Positions 24,920-35,357 of a stretch of DNA of 38,546 nt are shown here, piece by piece. The translations under genes were made by a program, and so were the position numbers. This DNA is from a virus (Duplodnaviria; Caudoviricetes): positions 1-38,546 of IMG/VR virus record IMGVR_UViG_3300030095_004611. One strand, given 5' to 3'. The notes under the pieces are model-generated. The model saw nothing but the letters and a program-made list of their open reading frames with translations, did no database searches and was not told where the DNA came from. Position 1 is the first letter of the stretch. Each line of letters opens with the position of its first letter.

Positions 24920-27210
24920 TGGCTGATACGCCTGCCTCCAACTTACGCACTCTTCAAAGTTCGTTTACTGCTGGTGAGCTTGATCCGTTAATGCGGATGA
25001 GAACAGACCTTAAATCATATTTTCAAGGGATGCAGAAAGGACGCAATATTGCGTTGTTTGCACAAGGGGGTTTTAGAAGAAGACCAGGAAGTGTTTTTAA
25101 AGCAGTTTTAGAAAACCCAAGTGTTCTACATGAATTTTCATTTGGAGAAGGGCAATCCTATATCTTCGCATTTTCAAATACCAAACTTACCATCTACGAT
25201 GAATCAGGAACCCTTGTCCAAACCATTACTAGCTGTCCGTGGTCAAGCAGTCACATTAATGATCTGACGATTACTTCAGCCGCTGATACTACGATTGTCT
25301 GCCACCAAAACTTTATGCCTCAGTACATTCTGCGTACTGGGGCTACTTCTTTTACTCGGGAAGATTTCCCGTTTGAAAATAACACGGCTGGCACAAAAAA
25401 ACACCAACCCTATTTTAAATTTGCGTCTGATGCTGTCACACTTACAACTTCTGCAACAAGCGGTTCAGGCGTTAATCTTACAACAAGCGCAGATCATTGG
25501 ACCGATGATGATGTAGGCTCCATTATAAGACGTGATGGAAAAGAAATCCTGATTACTGCTCGAACAAATAATACCGTTGCTGTAGGCACAGTCAGAGAAA
25601 CATTATCCGCAACAACAGCTACAACAAGTTGGGACGAGCAAACCTATTCAACAAAAAGAGGGTTTCCTCGTGCTGTTACATTCCACAACCAAAGACTTGT
25701 TTTTGGTGGATCAACAAACCGACCTGACGGTGTTTGGATGTCTAAGGTAAATGCGTTTTTTAATTTTGATGTGGGCACGGCTCAAGATGACGAAGCAATA
25801 GACACGACGGTTACAGGGGACCGCGTTGCAGAAATCAGGCATTTTGTTTCCACACGTAATTTACAGATTTTTTCAAACGGAGCTGAATTATTTGTTCCCG
25901 AAAGTCCTGCCAATCCCCTTACGCCTTCCAATGTCTCTTTTATTCAACAAACGCCTTATGGCTCATCTCAATCTGTCAATCCAGTAAAGTTTGATGGTGC
26001 AACTTTGTTTATGCAAAGAACAGGGCAGGTAATCCGAGAATATATTTTTAATGACGCTGAACAAGCCCACACATCTAATGCAGTTTCTTTAAGGTCAAAT
26101 CACCTCATTGGAACGGCTGTAGACAGTGCCGCAATGATCGGAGTTGATGATCGGCCAGAACAATACGCCTTCTTTGTAAAATCTGATGGCGATATGGCCG
26201 TTTTCCACTCTGTTAGAAGCGAAGAATTGGCTGGCTGGACTCTATGGACCACAGAAGGCAAATACACCTCTGTAACGACGTGTGAGAACAAGCTCTTTGC
26301 AGCAGTTGAACGCACAATAAATGGATCAACTGTTGTTTGGTTAGAAGAATTTGATAACAACGAAACATTAGATGCGTCAAAAATATTTGCTGTAGATACA
26401 ACACGGGCAACCAATGGCACTTTTGATACTGATGCAAATTGGACAAAAGGCACAGGATGGACAATTGATGGCTCAGACAGCAATCTTGCTACATGTTCAG
26501 GAAGCCAAACAGGAAACTCTGATTTAGAGCAAGCTATTACTGCCACAAATGGCAATACCTATTTGGTTAAATTTACTATTTCCAATCATACAGCAGGTAC
26601 GTTAATTCCAAGAGTAAAAGACGGAGCTGGCACGGCTGTTTCTGCCGATGGCACATTTATTCAATTTATTGTGGCAAGTTCTGGTAGCAATTTACAGTTT
26701 AGAGCTGATAGCTCTTTTGCTGGCAACATTGATGATGTTTCTGTAACTGAAGTAACCAAAAGCTATACCTCTGCCCATCTTCCCAACACAACTGTTAAGG
26801 TAAACACAAATTTAAATGCTCAACATGCTGGAGAGCACACAACGGATGGAAGCGGTGTTTTAACAACTGATGAGTTTTTAAATGGTGCGTCTATTGGGTT
26901 AAATTTTGATATTGATGTAGAGACAATGCCTGTTGATGCCGTGATCCGAAGCATTGGAGCTGTTACAGGCGAAAAGAAACGTATTTCCCGTGTTGTTATT
27001 TCTGTGTTTGGAACGCAGTCCATTTCTATTTCAGGAAACCGTTTAATTGTTGAGCAAAGTAATGATGACTTTTCTAATCCCCCTACTGCGGCTGAAGGGG
27101 AGCATCAGTTCTTTTTGCTCGGATTTTCAATAGACCCGACGATTAAAATATCTCAAGGCAATCCTTTGCCGTTAACCGTGCGCGGTCTTTATGCGGAGGT
27201 GACAGCATAA
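24919..27210 (+). CDS. Tail tubular protein B / nozzle (gp12-like) with inserted beta-sandwich
   Basis: SFTAGELDP, GGFRRRPG, GFPRAVTFHNQRLVFGG, PLPLTV. Confidence 0.85.
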   Translation: MADTPASNLRTLQSSFTAGELDPLMRMRTDLKSYFQGMQKGRNIALFAQGGFRRRPGSVFKAVLENPSVLHEFSFGEGQSYIFAFSNTKLTIYDESGTLVQTITSCPWSSSHINDLTITSAADTTIVCHQNFMPQYILRTGATSFTREDFPFENNTAGTKKHQPYFKFASDAVTLTTSATSGSGVNLTTSADHWTDDDVGSIIRRDGKEILITARTNNTVAVGTVRETLSATTATTSWDEQTYSTKRGFPRAVTFHNQRLVFGGSTNRPDGVWMSKVNAFFNFDVGTAQDDEAIDTTVTGDRVAEIRHFVSTRNLQIFSNGAELFVPESPANPLTPSNVSFIQQTPYGSSQSVNPVKFDGATLFMQRTGQVIREYIFNDAEQAHTSNAVSLRSNHLIGTAVDSAAMIGVDDRPEQYAFFVKSDGDMAVFHSVRSEELAGWTLWTTEGKYTSVTTCENKLFAAVERTINGSTVVWLEEFDNNETLDASKIFAVDTTRATNGTFDTDANWTKGTGWTIDGSDSNLATCSGSQTGNSDLEQAITATNGNTYLVKFTISNHTAGTLIPRVKDGAGTAVSADGTFIQFIVASSGSNLQFRADSSFAGNIDDVSVTEVTKSYTSAHLPNTTVKVNTNLNAQHAGEHTTDGSGVLTTDEFLNGASIGLNFDIDVETMPVDAVIRSIGAVTGEKKRISRVVISVFGTQSISISGNRLIVEQSNDDFSNPPTAAEGEHQFFLLGFSIDPTIKISQGNPLPLTVRGLYAEVTA

Positions 27211-27824
27211 TGGGAAAAGTTGCAAAAGTAGCCTTACCAATTGCGGCAATTGCTGGCGTCGGATTGGCAACTGGTGGATTTGGATTAGGCGCAGGAGCGA
27301 GTAGTTTAGGCACGGGTATGGGTTTATCTGGTGCTATGGGGGCAAGCACAGGAGCAATCGGCAGTTCTGGCTTTAGTCTTGGTTCTTTATTTACAAGCTC
27401 AAACCTTGGATTGGTTTCATCTGGAATAGGCGCAATTAGTCAAATTGGAGCTGGAGCACAAGGCAATCAACTTGCACAGCTTCAAATGAAACAGCTTCAA
27501 GATCAACGTAACATTCGGGAAGTGCAAATCCTGCAAGAACAAAATGAATTGAGAGAAAGACGCAATCGATGGGTATCTACAGTACGAGCGTCAGGACGGG
27601 ACGATCCAAGTTCCCGTGCCTTATTGAAAGATGGAGATAATACGTTTCAACGTGAAATGAGAAATATTGGCATTACAGGGCGTGGTGATATTAGCGCATT
27701 TAATACATCTATTCAGTCTCAACGCCTCACAGGGCGTAATGCTTTATTTTCAGGATTTGTAAGTGGAGGCCGATCATTGATTAGCGGTGCAAGCGCATTC
27801 CAGAAAACCAGAGGAATAACATAA
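27210..27824 (+). CDS. Internal virion (ejection) protein, gp14-like
   Basis: Gly/Ala-rich hydrophobic N-terminus, Gln-rich helix, synteny. Confidence 0.65.
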   Translation: MGKVAKVALPIAAIAGVGLATGGFGLGAGASSLGTGMGLSGAMGASTGAIGSSGFSLGSLFTSSNLGLVSSGIGAISQIGAGAQGNQLAQLQMKQLQDQRNIREVQILQEQNELRERRNRWVSTVRASGRDDPSSRALLKDGDNTFQREMRNIGITGRGDISAFNTSIQSQRLTGRNALFSGFVSGGRSLISGASAFQKTRGIT

Positions 27825-27825
27825 A

Positions 27826-30800
27826 ATGGCACAGCTTAAACGATACAAAGAAACACCAAATACTCTGCGTCAATCTTCTAATGCCGATTTTAGCGGTACA
27901 AAATCTTCTATTGATATGTTTAACAATATAGCAAGGGAAGCAAGTGCGTTATCAAATCAGTTTTTCCAAGATGCGGCTACAAAAGCGCGAAGAGATGGGA
28001 CAACTGGCGGTAAAAATGCTATGTCAATGAATCCTGACGGGACAATTACAGCTCATTCTGTCCCAGACGCAGGAGAAATATTTACGCAGTCATTTCAAGA
28101 CGCTCAAAATCATGCCGTTAAATCTGCAACAATAAATTCTATGAACGAAAAGCTTATGGATTTGTCAGCTAAACTTCAAAATGACAAAAATCGTACAAGC
28201 GTTTTTGATATAGAATCCAAAGCAATTGTTGAAAAGTTTATTAATACAACTGACCCTTCCCTACAAAAAGAAATAGCTTTAGAAGCTACGCTAACCCAAA
28301 GCAAACTTGCCAGACAATTAACAAATATAGATTTGCAGGAAGCTAAAGCACAAAGTCGTGCAGATGTTTTACAACTTATAAATCGAAAAGTTTTTGCTTT
28401 AAAAACTTCAGCTTTTACGGGAGCAGGCTTTGGCGACATAACATCTGAAGATTTAAATGAAGGTGATTATAATCGAGGAAAAAACAAAAATATAAAAGAA
28501 GAATTAATTTCTGCTGAATTAGCCGCAGATTATAAAATTGTTGTAGAAGAAATAAACCGTGCTCAAAAAAACAATCTTATTACCGCAGAAGAAGGCATTA
28601 GTTACCACAGGGGTCTTCAAAAATCTTTTTTAAGTGGTTTAGTTCTTAATAAATTTAAAAATACAAATAGCATTACGCCTGAACTTATAAAAGCTGTAGA
28701 AGAAATAAAAACAAATCCTGATAATATAAGAGGTCTTGGTTTTATAAAAGTTCCAGAAGGTTTAACAAAAGGTCTTAGAATGGAAGACCGTCAAGAAATT
28801 GCCGATGAAATAATTAAAGTTGTAAACGAACGAGCGAAGATTATAAAAAATAATCGAGCCTTAGAAAAGTCTCAAAATTCTAAAATAATGCAAGGTATTA
28901 CTTCAATGGTTAGCCTTGCTAATATTCAAGAGAAAACAATAACAACAGAACAAATAAGAAATGCAATAACTAAACAAGGTGGCAATCCTGATCATTTAGA
29001 TTTTTCTGCTAAATATGCAGACTGGACAGGAATGAATTATAAAACAGCAAAAGCAAATTTATCATCATATTATAAATCCAAACTTAGTCTTGCTATAGAT
29101 CAAGACCAAAAAAATAATGAAACTTTTAACATTATAAATCTTTTACAAGAATTTGTTAAAAATGATCACTTTCAAACATTTCCTGAAATCTACACGGATA
29201 TAGTTAAAGCTCATAGTGCGCAAATAGACAAAATTGAAAAAAGGCAAAATAAAATAAGTGAAGATGCTGCAAAAATATTTATAAATAGAGGAATTGAAAG
29301 TGGCGTTATAGATCTTTATGGATTTAGTAAAATGGTTGATAACGCATTAGAAAGAGTCGTTAAAGATGGGACACAAGGTACAGAAACTGCATCTCCTATT
29401 GATAAACACATTGTAAAAAATCGTAATACATATATTCAGAAATTTAAATCATTACAAAATCAAAAAGACAGATTGCGCGGTTATTCAGATAACGATGCTT
29501 TTAGAATTAATCAACAATTACAAAACAACAAAATTCTAAATAAGCCAGATTTTGATAAAAAACTTAAAATAGACAAACATGAAAATCCTAATTTAGATCA
29601 AAGTTTTGATACAGATCAGGGCCGAAATTATAATATGGAGTTAATGCTTAATCATGGTCATCCAACTCCAGCTTTTATTGAGTTGTTACAAAGCGCAAGA
29701 ATAGGTGCTGATATAAAAGATGTTCAAATGCTTGCTGAGATGTATCAAGAAATAAAAAAAAGACGGGGAACAGAGTTAATAAAATTTAATTTAAATCCTA
29801 ATGATAGAGAATATGTCGATGAATTAATACAAGTTTTGAGCGTAACTGAAAAACCTGAAGAAATAAAAAAATGGATTAGTAATCGAAAAAATCCTTCACT
29901 TGATGAATCAAACAATCAACAGCGAAGTAAAACAACAGAAAATTTTGTTGAAAATTTTATTAATAATTTTGAACATTCGAAAAATAATTCAGATTCATTT
30001 TCTCGTCTTTTTCACTCAGCAAACCCTCTTTTAAAAGTTATGGATTCTTCAGAATTGGGATGGACAACTGTACCTATGAAAGATTCTCCTATGACTTTAT
30101 CGTTAGAAACAACAGAAATGCTTAAAAAACATATATTGCCAGGAATTTTGCAAGTAACGCCCACGCTTGGTTCAAGCGGAGCAATTGATGTTGTAACAGA
30201 TATTGCAATAAAATCTCACACTGAGCACAAAAAAGGTTTTAATTTAGGCAGATCTCGTTTTGGACCTTTTAATAAAGAAAATGGAAAACCAGTATTTAGC
30301 GAAAATACTTTGTCAATTTGGTCAATGGAAAGACACAATGACAAAGAACTTGCTCGAAATTCTGTAGAAATTACAAAAGTTATTTTAGCCAAAACTATAG
30401 ACCAAAACAGATTTTATTCTGAAAAATACCAAACAAGAGGATCTATAGAAAAAATTTATGGTACTGCTGATCAAATTGTCGGAGATGGACGGCTTGAATT
30501 GATTGGTATTCCATCAAAGCCTTATCATTATCGGGTTATAATTCATGGTGAAGACGGAAACTTTTTACCTTTACCAACAGAGTTTGTTTTTAACCGTGAA
30601 AATGCTCAACCTTATTTAGATAAATTAGCTGAAAACCGAAAAATTGGTGAACAATTAATAGATAATTTTGGAGATAGTGTTGGGGAATTTATAAAAAGCA
30701 CTAAAATTCCCAATAAAGCTGTCGAACTTGCTACTGATTTAGGCGCAAATGTAGATGCAATTGTTAGTAATAAAAAATCTTCTATAAAAAATAGTTTTGT

Positions 30801-31350
30801 GGGAAATTTGATTTTTTCTGAAGCCTCTAAATATAATGATAGATATAATAGACAAGGACAGCCTGACAAGTCTGCTATTCAATTAATTATGAAACATGAA
30901 GGATTTGTTGGTGACACGGGAAATTCCAAAACAACGTTAATAAAGAAAAACGACACAAAAGGTTCTGTTGTTGGTCACGGAATGAATCTCAAATTTATGG
31001 AAAAAAATGAACGAGATTTTTATAACCGTGTAACGAGAAATGGCAAACTTCCAATGAAAAAAGATGATGCGGCTGAATTAACTCGTATGCGAGTGTCTGG
31101 CATTGTTTCCAAATTTAACAAAACAAAATCATTTAAATGGGCAAGCATGAGCCGTAATAGAAAAGACGCTCTCATTAATGTTGTTTACCAAAACGGATGG
31201 TCTGGTTTTACTAAAGGGTTTGAAGAAACAGTAAAGCTTATTAAAGCAGGCGAATGGACAAAAGCCAGTGAAGAAATTGTTAAAAGTTCATGGGGAAGAA
31301 CATATAAAACCAGAGCTAAAGAAATTCAAAAATTACTGAAAGACGGGTAA
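27826..31350 (+). CDS. Internal virion protein with C-terminal T4-lysozyme-like domain
   Basis: Large helical protein; C-terminus KHEG...VGHG...RKDALINVVYQNG...W..ASEEIVKSSW...RA. Confidence 0.8.
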   Translation: MAQLKRYKETPNTLRQSSNADFSGTKSSIDMFNNIAREASALSNQFFQDAATKARRDGTTGGKNAMSMNPDGTITAHSVPDAGEIFTQSFQDAQNHAVKSATINSMNEKLMDLSAKLQNDKNRTSVFDIESKAIVEKFINTTDPSLQKEIALEATLTQSKLARQLTNIDLQEAKAQSRADVLQLINRKVFALKTSAFTGAGFGDITSEDLNEGDYNRGKNKNIKEELISAELAADYKIVVEEINRAQKNNLITAEEGISYHRGLQKSFLSGLVLNKFKNTNSITPELIKAVEEIKTNPDNIRGLGFIKVPEGLTKGLRMEDRQEIADEIIKVVNERAKIIKNNRALEKSQNSKIMQGITSMVSLANIQEKTITTEQIRNAITKQGGNPDHLDFSAKYADWTGMNYKTAKANLSSYYKSKLSLAIDQDQKNNETFNIINLLQEFVKNDHFQTFPEIYTDIVKAHSAQIDKIEKRQNKISEDAAKIFINRGIESGVIDLYGFSKMVDNALERVVKDGTQGTETASPIDKHIVKNRNTYIQKFKSLQNQKDRLRGYSDNDAFRINQQLQNNKILNKPDFDKKLKIDKHENPNLDQSFDTDQGRNYNMELMLNHGHPTPAFIELLQSARIGADIKDVQMLAEMYQEIKKRRGTELIKFNLNPNDREYVDELIQVLSVTEKPEEIKKWISNRKNPSLDESNNQQRSKTTENFVENFINNFEHSKNNSDSFSRLFHSANPLLKVMDSSELGWTTVPMKDSPMTLSLETTEMLKKHILPGILQVTPTLGSSGAIDVVTDIAIKSHTEHKKGFNLGRSRFGPFNKENGKPVFSENTLSIWSMERHNDKELARNSVEITKVILAKTIDQNRFYSEKYQTRGSIEKIYGTADQIVGDGRLELIGIPSKPYHYRVIIHGEDGNFLPLPTEFVFNRENAQPYLDKLAENRKIGEQLIDNFGDSVGEFIKSTKIPNKAVELATDLGANVDAIVSNKKSSIKNSFVGNLIFSEASKYNDRYNRQGQPDKSAIQLIMKHEGFVGDTGNSKTTLIKKNDTKGSVVGHGMNLKFMEKNERDFYNRVTRNGKLPMKKDDAAELTRMRVSGIVSKFNKTKSFKWASMSRNRKDALINVVYQNGWSGFTKGFEETVKLIKAGEWTKASEEIVKSSWGRTYKTRAKEIQKLLKDG

Positions 31351-34300
31351 TGTCTGAGTATAATCCGTATAATGAACGACAGCCTGTAGGAAAAGCCGCG
31401 TTATTTTCCAGTAGAAGTCTTGATGCTATTAAAGATTCTTTTGTGGCAGAAAGCTCTTTTGCTCAAATGTGGAATAGCTTTAACGGGCAAGATAATTATT
31501 CATTAATTAAAAATCAGCTTCTTGAATTTCGAGGAATGGATGACCAAGGAGATCGAGAGTCTTATGATCCATATCAAGACCCTGTTGTTATGGCGCAACC
31601 TATAGAAAGTCTTCCTATTCTTGGAAATGTGCAAACAGTTGAAGAGCGAGATCTTGTTCTTCAAATGCTTATGGATCAACAGGCAGATGTTGAATACAGA
31701 ATGTCTGCTGGTTTGTTTCCTAATATTATAGGTGGTATTGGTGGGGGAATGGCTGGTTTTACAGGCGTAGCCAGTGGTGCGTTTTTAGGTCCAAATATAG
31801 CAAAAGCAATTGGAGGAGCTGTATTATCATCATCACTTGATGAAACTGTTTTGCTTGGTTCTCAGCCAACTAGAACGCTTGAACAAGCTCAAACTGATAT
31901 TGTTGGAACAACAGCATTTTCAACAGCGTTTTCTTTAGGTGTAAAAGCTTTTCAAAGTTTTAAAACAACAAGCGGTCATCCTTATACTTTAAAATTTGGA
32001 GATGATTTTGCAACTCAAACAGAACGTATGACAGGTGAGCTAGGAAACGCCAGTAAACGTCCTTTTACGCGTGAAGCTGTAGATGAAGAGTTTTTTGAAG
32101 AAACAGCAAAACCAAAATCTGCTGGATCAGCGGCTACCCCAGATCAATTTAGAATTATGCCTGAAGACGAACCTTACATTACACTGGGAAATGTTGGGAA
32201 AGAATTTAACGCTAATTTTAATAAAAACTATGGCGAAAAATTATCTTCAGCTTGGGGGTTAGAAAAACTTCCCGATACTCCTGTTAAACGTATCTTAATG
32301 GGCGAGTCTAATTACTTGCGTCAAATGGTGGGTCATCTTGTAGAGCACCCTTATTTTCAGCTTAAAAACTTTAATGGTTCTGCATCTTCTGTTGGTATTG
32401 ATCGCGTTGTAAATAGTCGTTGGCTTGGGCAAAGCCTTGTTCCAGCAATGAGAGAAACAGAAGCTATTTATAAAACGTATCGAGAGCGAACAGGTCTGGA
32501 AGCAGAAAAAGGGTTTTTGCGTCAAAAAGGAATGGATATGATTAAAGGTCGGGGAGAGTTTTTAAGCCCTGATGAATTTTTAGAAGAAATTAGTAAAGCT
32601 AAACGAAGGATTGGAAGCGCGGAAGAAGCGGATATGATACCAGAAGTCTTGCAAGCCGCGTCCTTGTGGGACAAAAAAATTTTCAAGCCATTAGCAGAAG
32701 AAGCAAAATCCCTTCAAATGTTTTCAATTCTTCCCCGAAGGGAACTTGCAAGAACACGAAGAGAAGTAAGTATAAAAACATCCGCTCTTAATAAAGCGAC
32801 ACCTGATAACAAAATTAAAATAAAAGAAGAAATCGATTTGTTAAATGTAAAAGTACAAGATTTACAAAAACAAATAATTGATGCTGACAATCTTGATATA
32901 CGTGAAACATTTGTGAATCGTTTATACCGCAGAGATTATATGGATACACCTGATGGCAAAAAAGCATGGTACGAAGTGCTTGCTAAACATGGGTATTCTA
33001 AGCAAGAGGCTGAAGGTTTCCGTATTGGTATATTAGGTGAAGTTCCCTATTCAAAAATTGAAACTGATCCCGTAGGATTGGCAAGGTCTTTGAGAGAAAG
33101 AACGCTTGCAGATATTCCAGATACAGCTTTAGAACCTTTTCTTGAAAGCAATATGTTTGCTCTTGGTCGGTATTATGCAATGCGAATGGGAACAGACGTT
33201 GAATTAGTTCGCAAATTCGGGTCTGTCGATTTGTTGCCTCATTTTGAAAATATAAAAGCTGAATTTAAGCAAAAACGTTCGGCATTAATGTTAAAAGATA
33301 CTGATTTTTTCCACGGCAAATCTAGTGCTAAAAAAATGTATCGCGGAACTGGGGGCAAATCAAAAGTTAATGTTGAAAGAAACGCATTTGGTGATGGTGA
33401 CTATTTTGCTTCAACTCAGAAAACTGCAAAATTGTTCGGCAAAGATGTCAACCAAATCAATGTGCGATTAAACAAGCCGTTTGTAATCAAATCAGACGCA
33501 GACCTTGATAAAGCTTTCAAAAAGTATGGCATTGATACAATAGAGCTTAACCAAAAAACAAAAAGAATGGATGAGCTTGCCGATGAAATAAATCGAGTAA
33601 AAAAAGAATACGAAGCAAAAGGCAAAAGCCCAAAATTAATTGCTGAATTTATTAAAGTAACAGAAAAACAGTCTAAAGAATTTTTAAAGCTTTTACCTGA
33701 AACACAGAACATTCGTCGTAGTTTGTTTAATAAATTGCGTGAGAGTATAGAAAAAGATGGATTTGATGGTGCTGTATTTGAATTTGGTGTTAAAGATTTT
33801 CTGACTGCAACAAAAGGTAAACTAACCTTATCTAAGGCGATTAAGGAAAATAAATTAAGCAGAGAAACTGGCTCTCCTATTCTGCACACGCAATTTTCCC
33901 ATGACCAAGTTATAACCTTTGGTCGTAATATAGCTAAAGATGAAGGTATTGCGCAAGAAACCCTAACACTAGCTCAATTAAATAAAGCTGAAAAACAAGC
34001 AATTGAAGATTTAACAGTTCTAAGAGATCGCATGAGAGGCACATACGGTCTTCCAGACAATCCTGATAGTTGGACAAACAGAGGCATGAGAATGGCTCGA
34101 GGATTCAACGCTATGACTATGCTGACGGGTGCATTAGCGGCAGTCCCAGATGTTGCGCGAATAGCAATGCATAGCGGTATGAAAAATATGTTTGGAACTA
34201 TGTTTGAAGCATTAGCTGACAATATGAAATTAGCCAAACTTGGCAAATATGAAACAAACCTCACAGGAGAAGCCTTAGACGACTTTCTTTCATTGAGAGC

Positions 34301-35357
34301 TGCATTGTTTGCTGATTTAGCTGATAGCATATCTGTACGTCATCCAATGGAAAAAGCAATGGGCGAAGCAACCCAGATGTTTTTTAATGTCTCTTTAATG
34401 AACCAATGGAACGTAGCTGTAAAAACAATGGCAGGGTTGGTTGCTGGTTCCAGAATGATTGATGACATTGCTGTTTTAGCAAAAGGAAAAGGGAGGGATT
34501 TAGAAAGAGCACGAACCCGTCTTGCAAGATCTGGAATTGGATTAACAGATGCAAAACTTATTAATGCAGAGCTATCCAAACATATGCTTAAAGGACGTAA
34601 ATACGTCAAGATTGCTCGTACTCAATTATGGGAAAACACTCAAGTTGCAGAGTTGTTTAGAGCGGCATTAGGAAAAGAAGTAAATACAATTATTGTAACT
34701 CCAGGATTAGGTGATTTGCCAAATACAATTGGTGGAGGACTTAAAAATATGGTTCCACAAAATATCAGAAAGTCAGCTAGAGAGTTTTCTGATTCAATTG
34801 AAAACCCGACACTCAAAAAAGGAGCTGATGCTATAGAAGGCATTTTTGTATCTCCTGAGTTATCGAGATTAATATTTCAATTTAAAAGTTTTGGAATTGC
34901 GGCAACTCAAAGAATATTAATTCCAGGATTACAGCATACAGACAAGAGCGTTTTAACAGGTGCAGTCATGTTAATTGGATTAGGCGTTCTTGTTGATCAA
35001 CTAAGACGCAATCAAAACGACATTAATATACCTCAATCTGGTGGAGACATATTAATGAGAGGCATCGAACGTTCTGGAATTTTAGGATATTTTTCAGACG
35101 TTGGACGAGCAATTGAAAATTTTTCGCATCCTATTAGCAGACCAGGAAGATTCTTTGAGCAGTTGGGCGGTCCTTTTGTGCATCAAATTAGAGATGCATC
35201 TGATGTATTATACGACTACTCGGGATTGGGTAACATTAATAAGACAACAAATCGTCACGCCAGAGATTTAATGTATCTGTCTAACGTTGCCCATTTTGAT
35301 TGGCTAATGGATGGCGCGGAAAGAGGCTTAAACTACTTAACTGTTGGGAAAAACTAA
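31350..35357 (+). CDS. Large internal virion protein with ART-like insertion
   Basis: Synteny; C-terminal IIVTPG...FQFKSF...RSGILG; insertion at about 33300-33935. Confidence 0.8.
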   Translation: MSEYNPYNERQPVGKAALFSSRSLDAIKDSFVAESSFAQMWNSFNGQDNYSLIKNQLLEFRGMDDQGDRESYDPYQDPVVMAQPIESLPILGNVQTVEERDLVLQMLMDQQADVEYRMSAGLFPNIIGGIGGGMAGFTGVASGAFLGPNIAKAIGGAVLSSSLDETVLLGSQPTRTLEQAQTDIVGTTAFSTAFSLGVKAFQSFKTTSGHPYTLKFGDDFATQTERMTGELGNASKRPFTREAVDEEFFEETAKPKSAGSAATPDQFRIMPEDEPYITLGNVGKEFNANFNKNYGEKLSSAWGLEKLPDTPVKRILMGESNYLRQMVGHLVEHPYFQLKNFNGSASSVGIDRVVNSRWLGQSLVPAMRETEAIYKTYRERTGLEAEKGFLRQKGMDMIKGRGEFLSPDEFLEEISKAKRRIGSAEEADMIPEVLQAASLWDKKIFKPLAEEAKSLQMFSILPRRELARTRREVSIKTSALNKATPDNKIKIKEEIDLLNVKVQDLQKQIIDADNLDIRETFVNRLYRRDYMDTPDGKKAWYEVLAKHGYSKQEAEGFRIGILGEVPYSKIETDPVGLARSLRERTLADIPDTALEPFLESNMFALGRYYAMRMGTDVELVRKFGSVDLLPHFENIKAEFKQKRSALMLKDTDFFHGKSSAKKMYRGTGGKSKVNVERNAFGDGDYFASTQKTAKLFGKDVNQINVRLNKPFVIKSDADLDKAFKKYGIDTIELNQKTKRMDELADEINRVKKEYEAKGKSPKLIAEFIKVTEKQSKEFLKLLPETQNIRRSLFNKLRESIEKDGFDGAVFEFGVKDFLTATKGKLTLSKAIKENKLSRETGSPILHTQFSHDQVITFGRNIAKDEGIAQETLTLAQLNKAEKQAIEDLTVLRDRMRGTYGLPDNPDSWTNRGMRMARGFNAMTMLTGALAAVPDVARIAMHSGMKNMFGTMFEALADNMKLAKLGKYETNLTGEALDDFLSLRAALFADLADSISVRHPMEKAMGEATQMFFNVSLMNQWNVAVKTMAGLVAGSRMIDDIAVLAKGKGRDLERARTRLARSGIGLTDAKLINAELSKHMLKGRKYVKIARTQLWENTQVAELFRAALGKEVNTIIVTPGLGDLPNTIGGGLKNMVPQNIRKSAREFSDSIENPTLKKGADAIEGIFVSPELSRLIFQFKSFGIAATQRILIPGLQHTDKSVLTGAVMLIGLGVLVDQLRRNQNDINIPQSGGDILMRGIERSGILGYFSDVGRAIENFSHPISRPGRFFEQLGGPFVHQIRDASDVLYDYSGLGNINKTTNRHARDLMYLSNVAHFDWLMDGAERGLNYLTVGKN

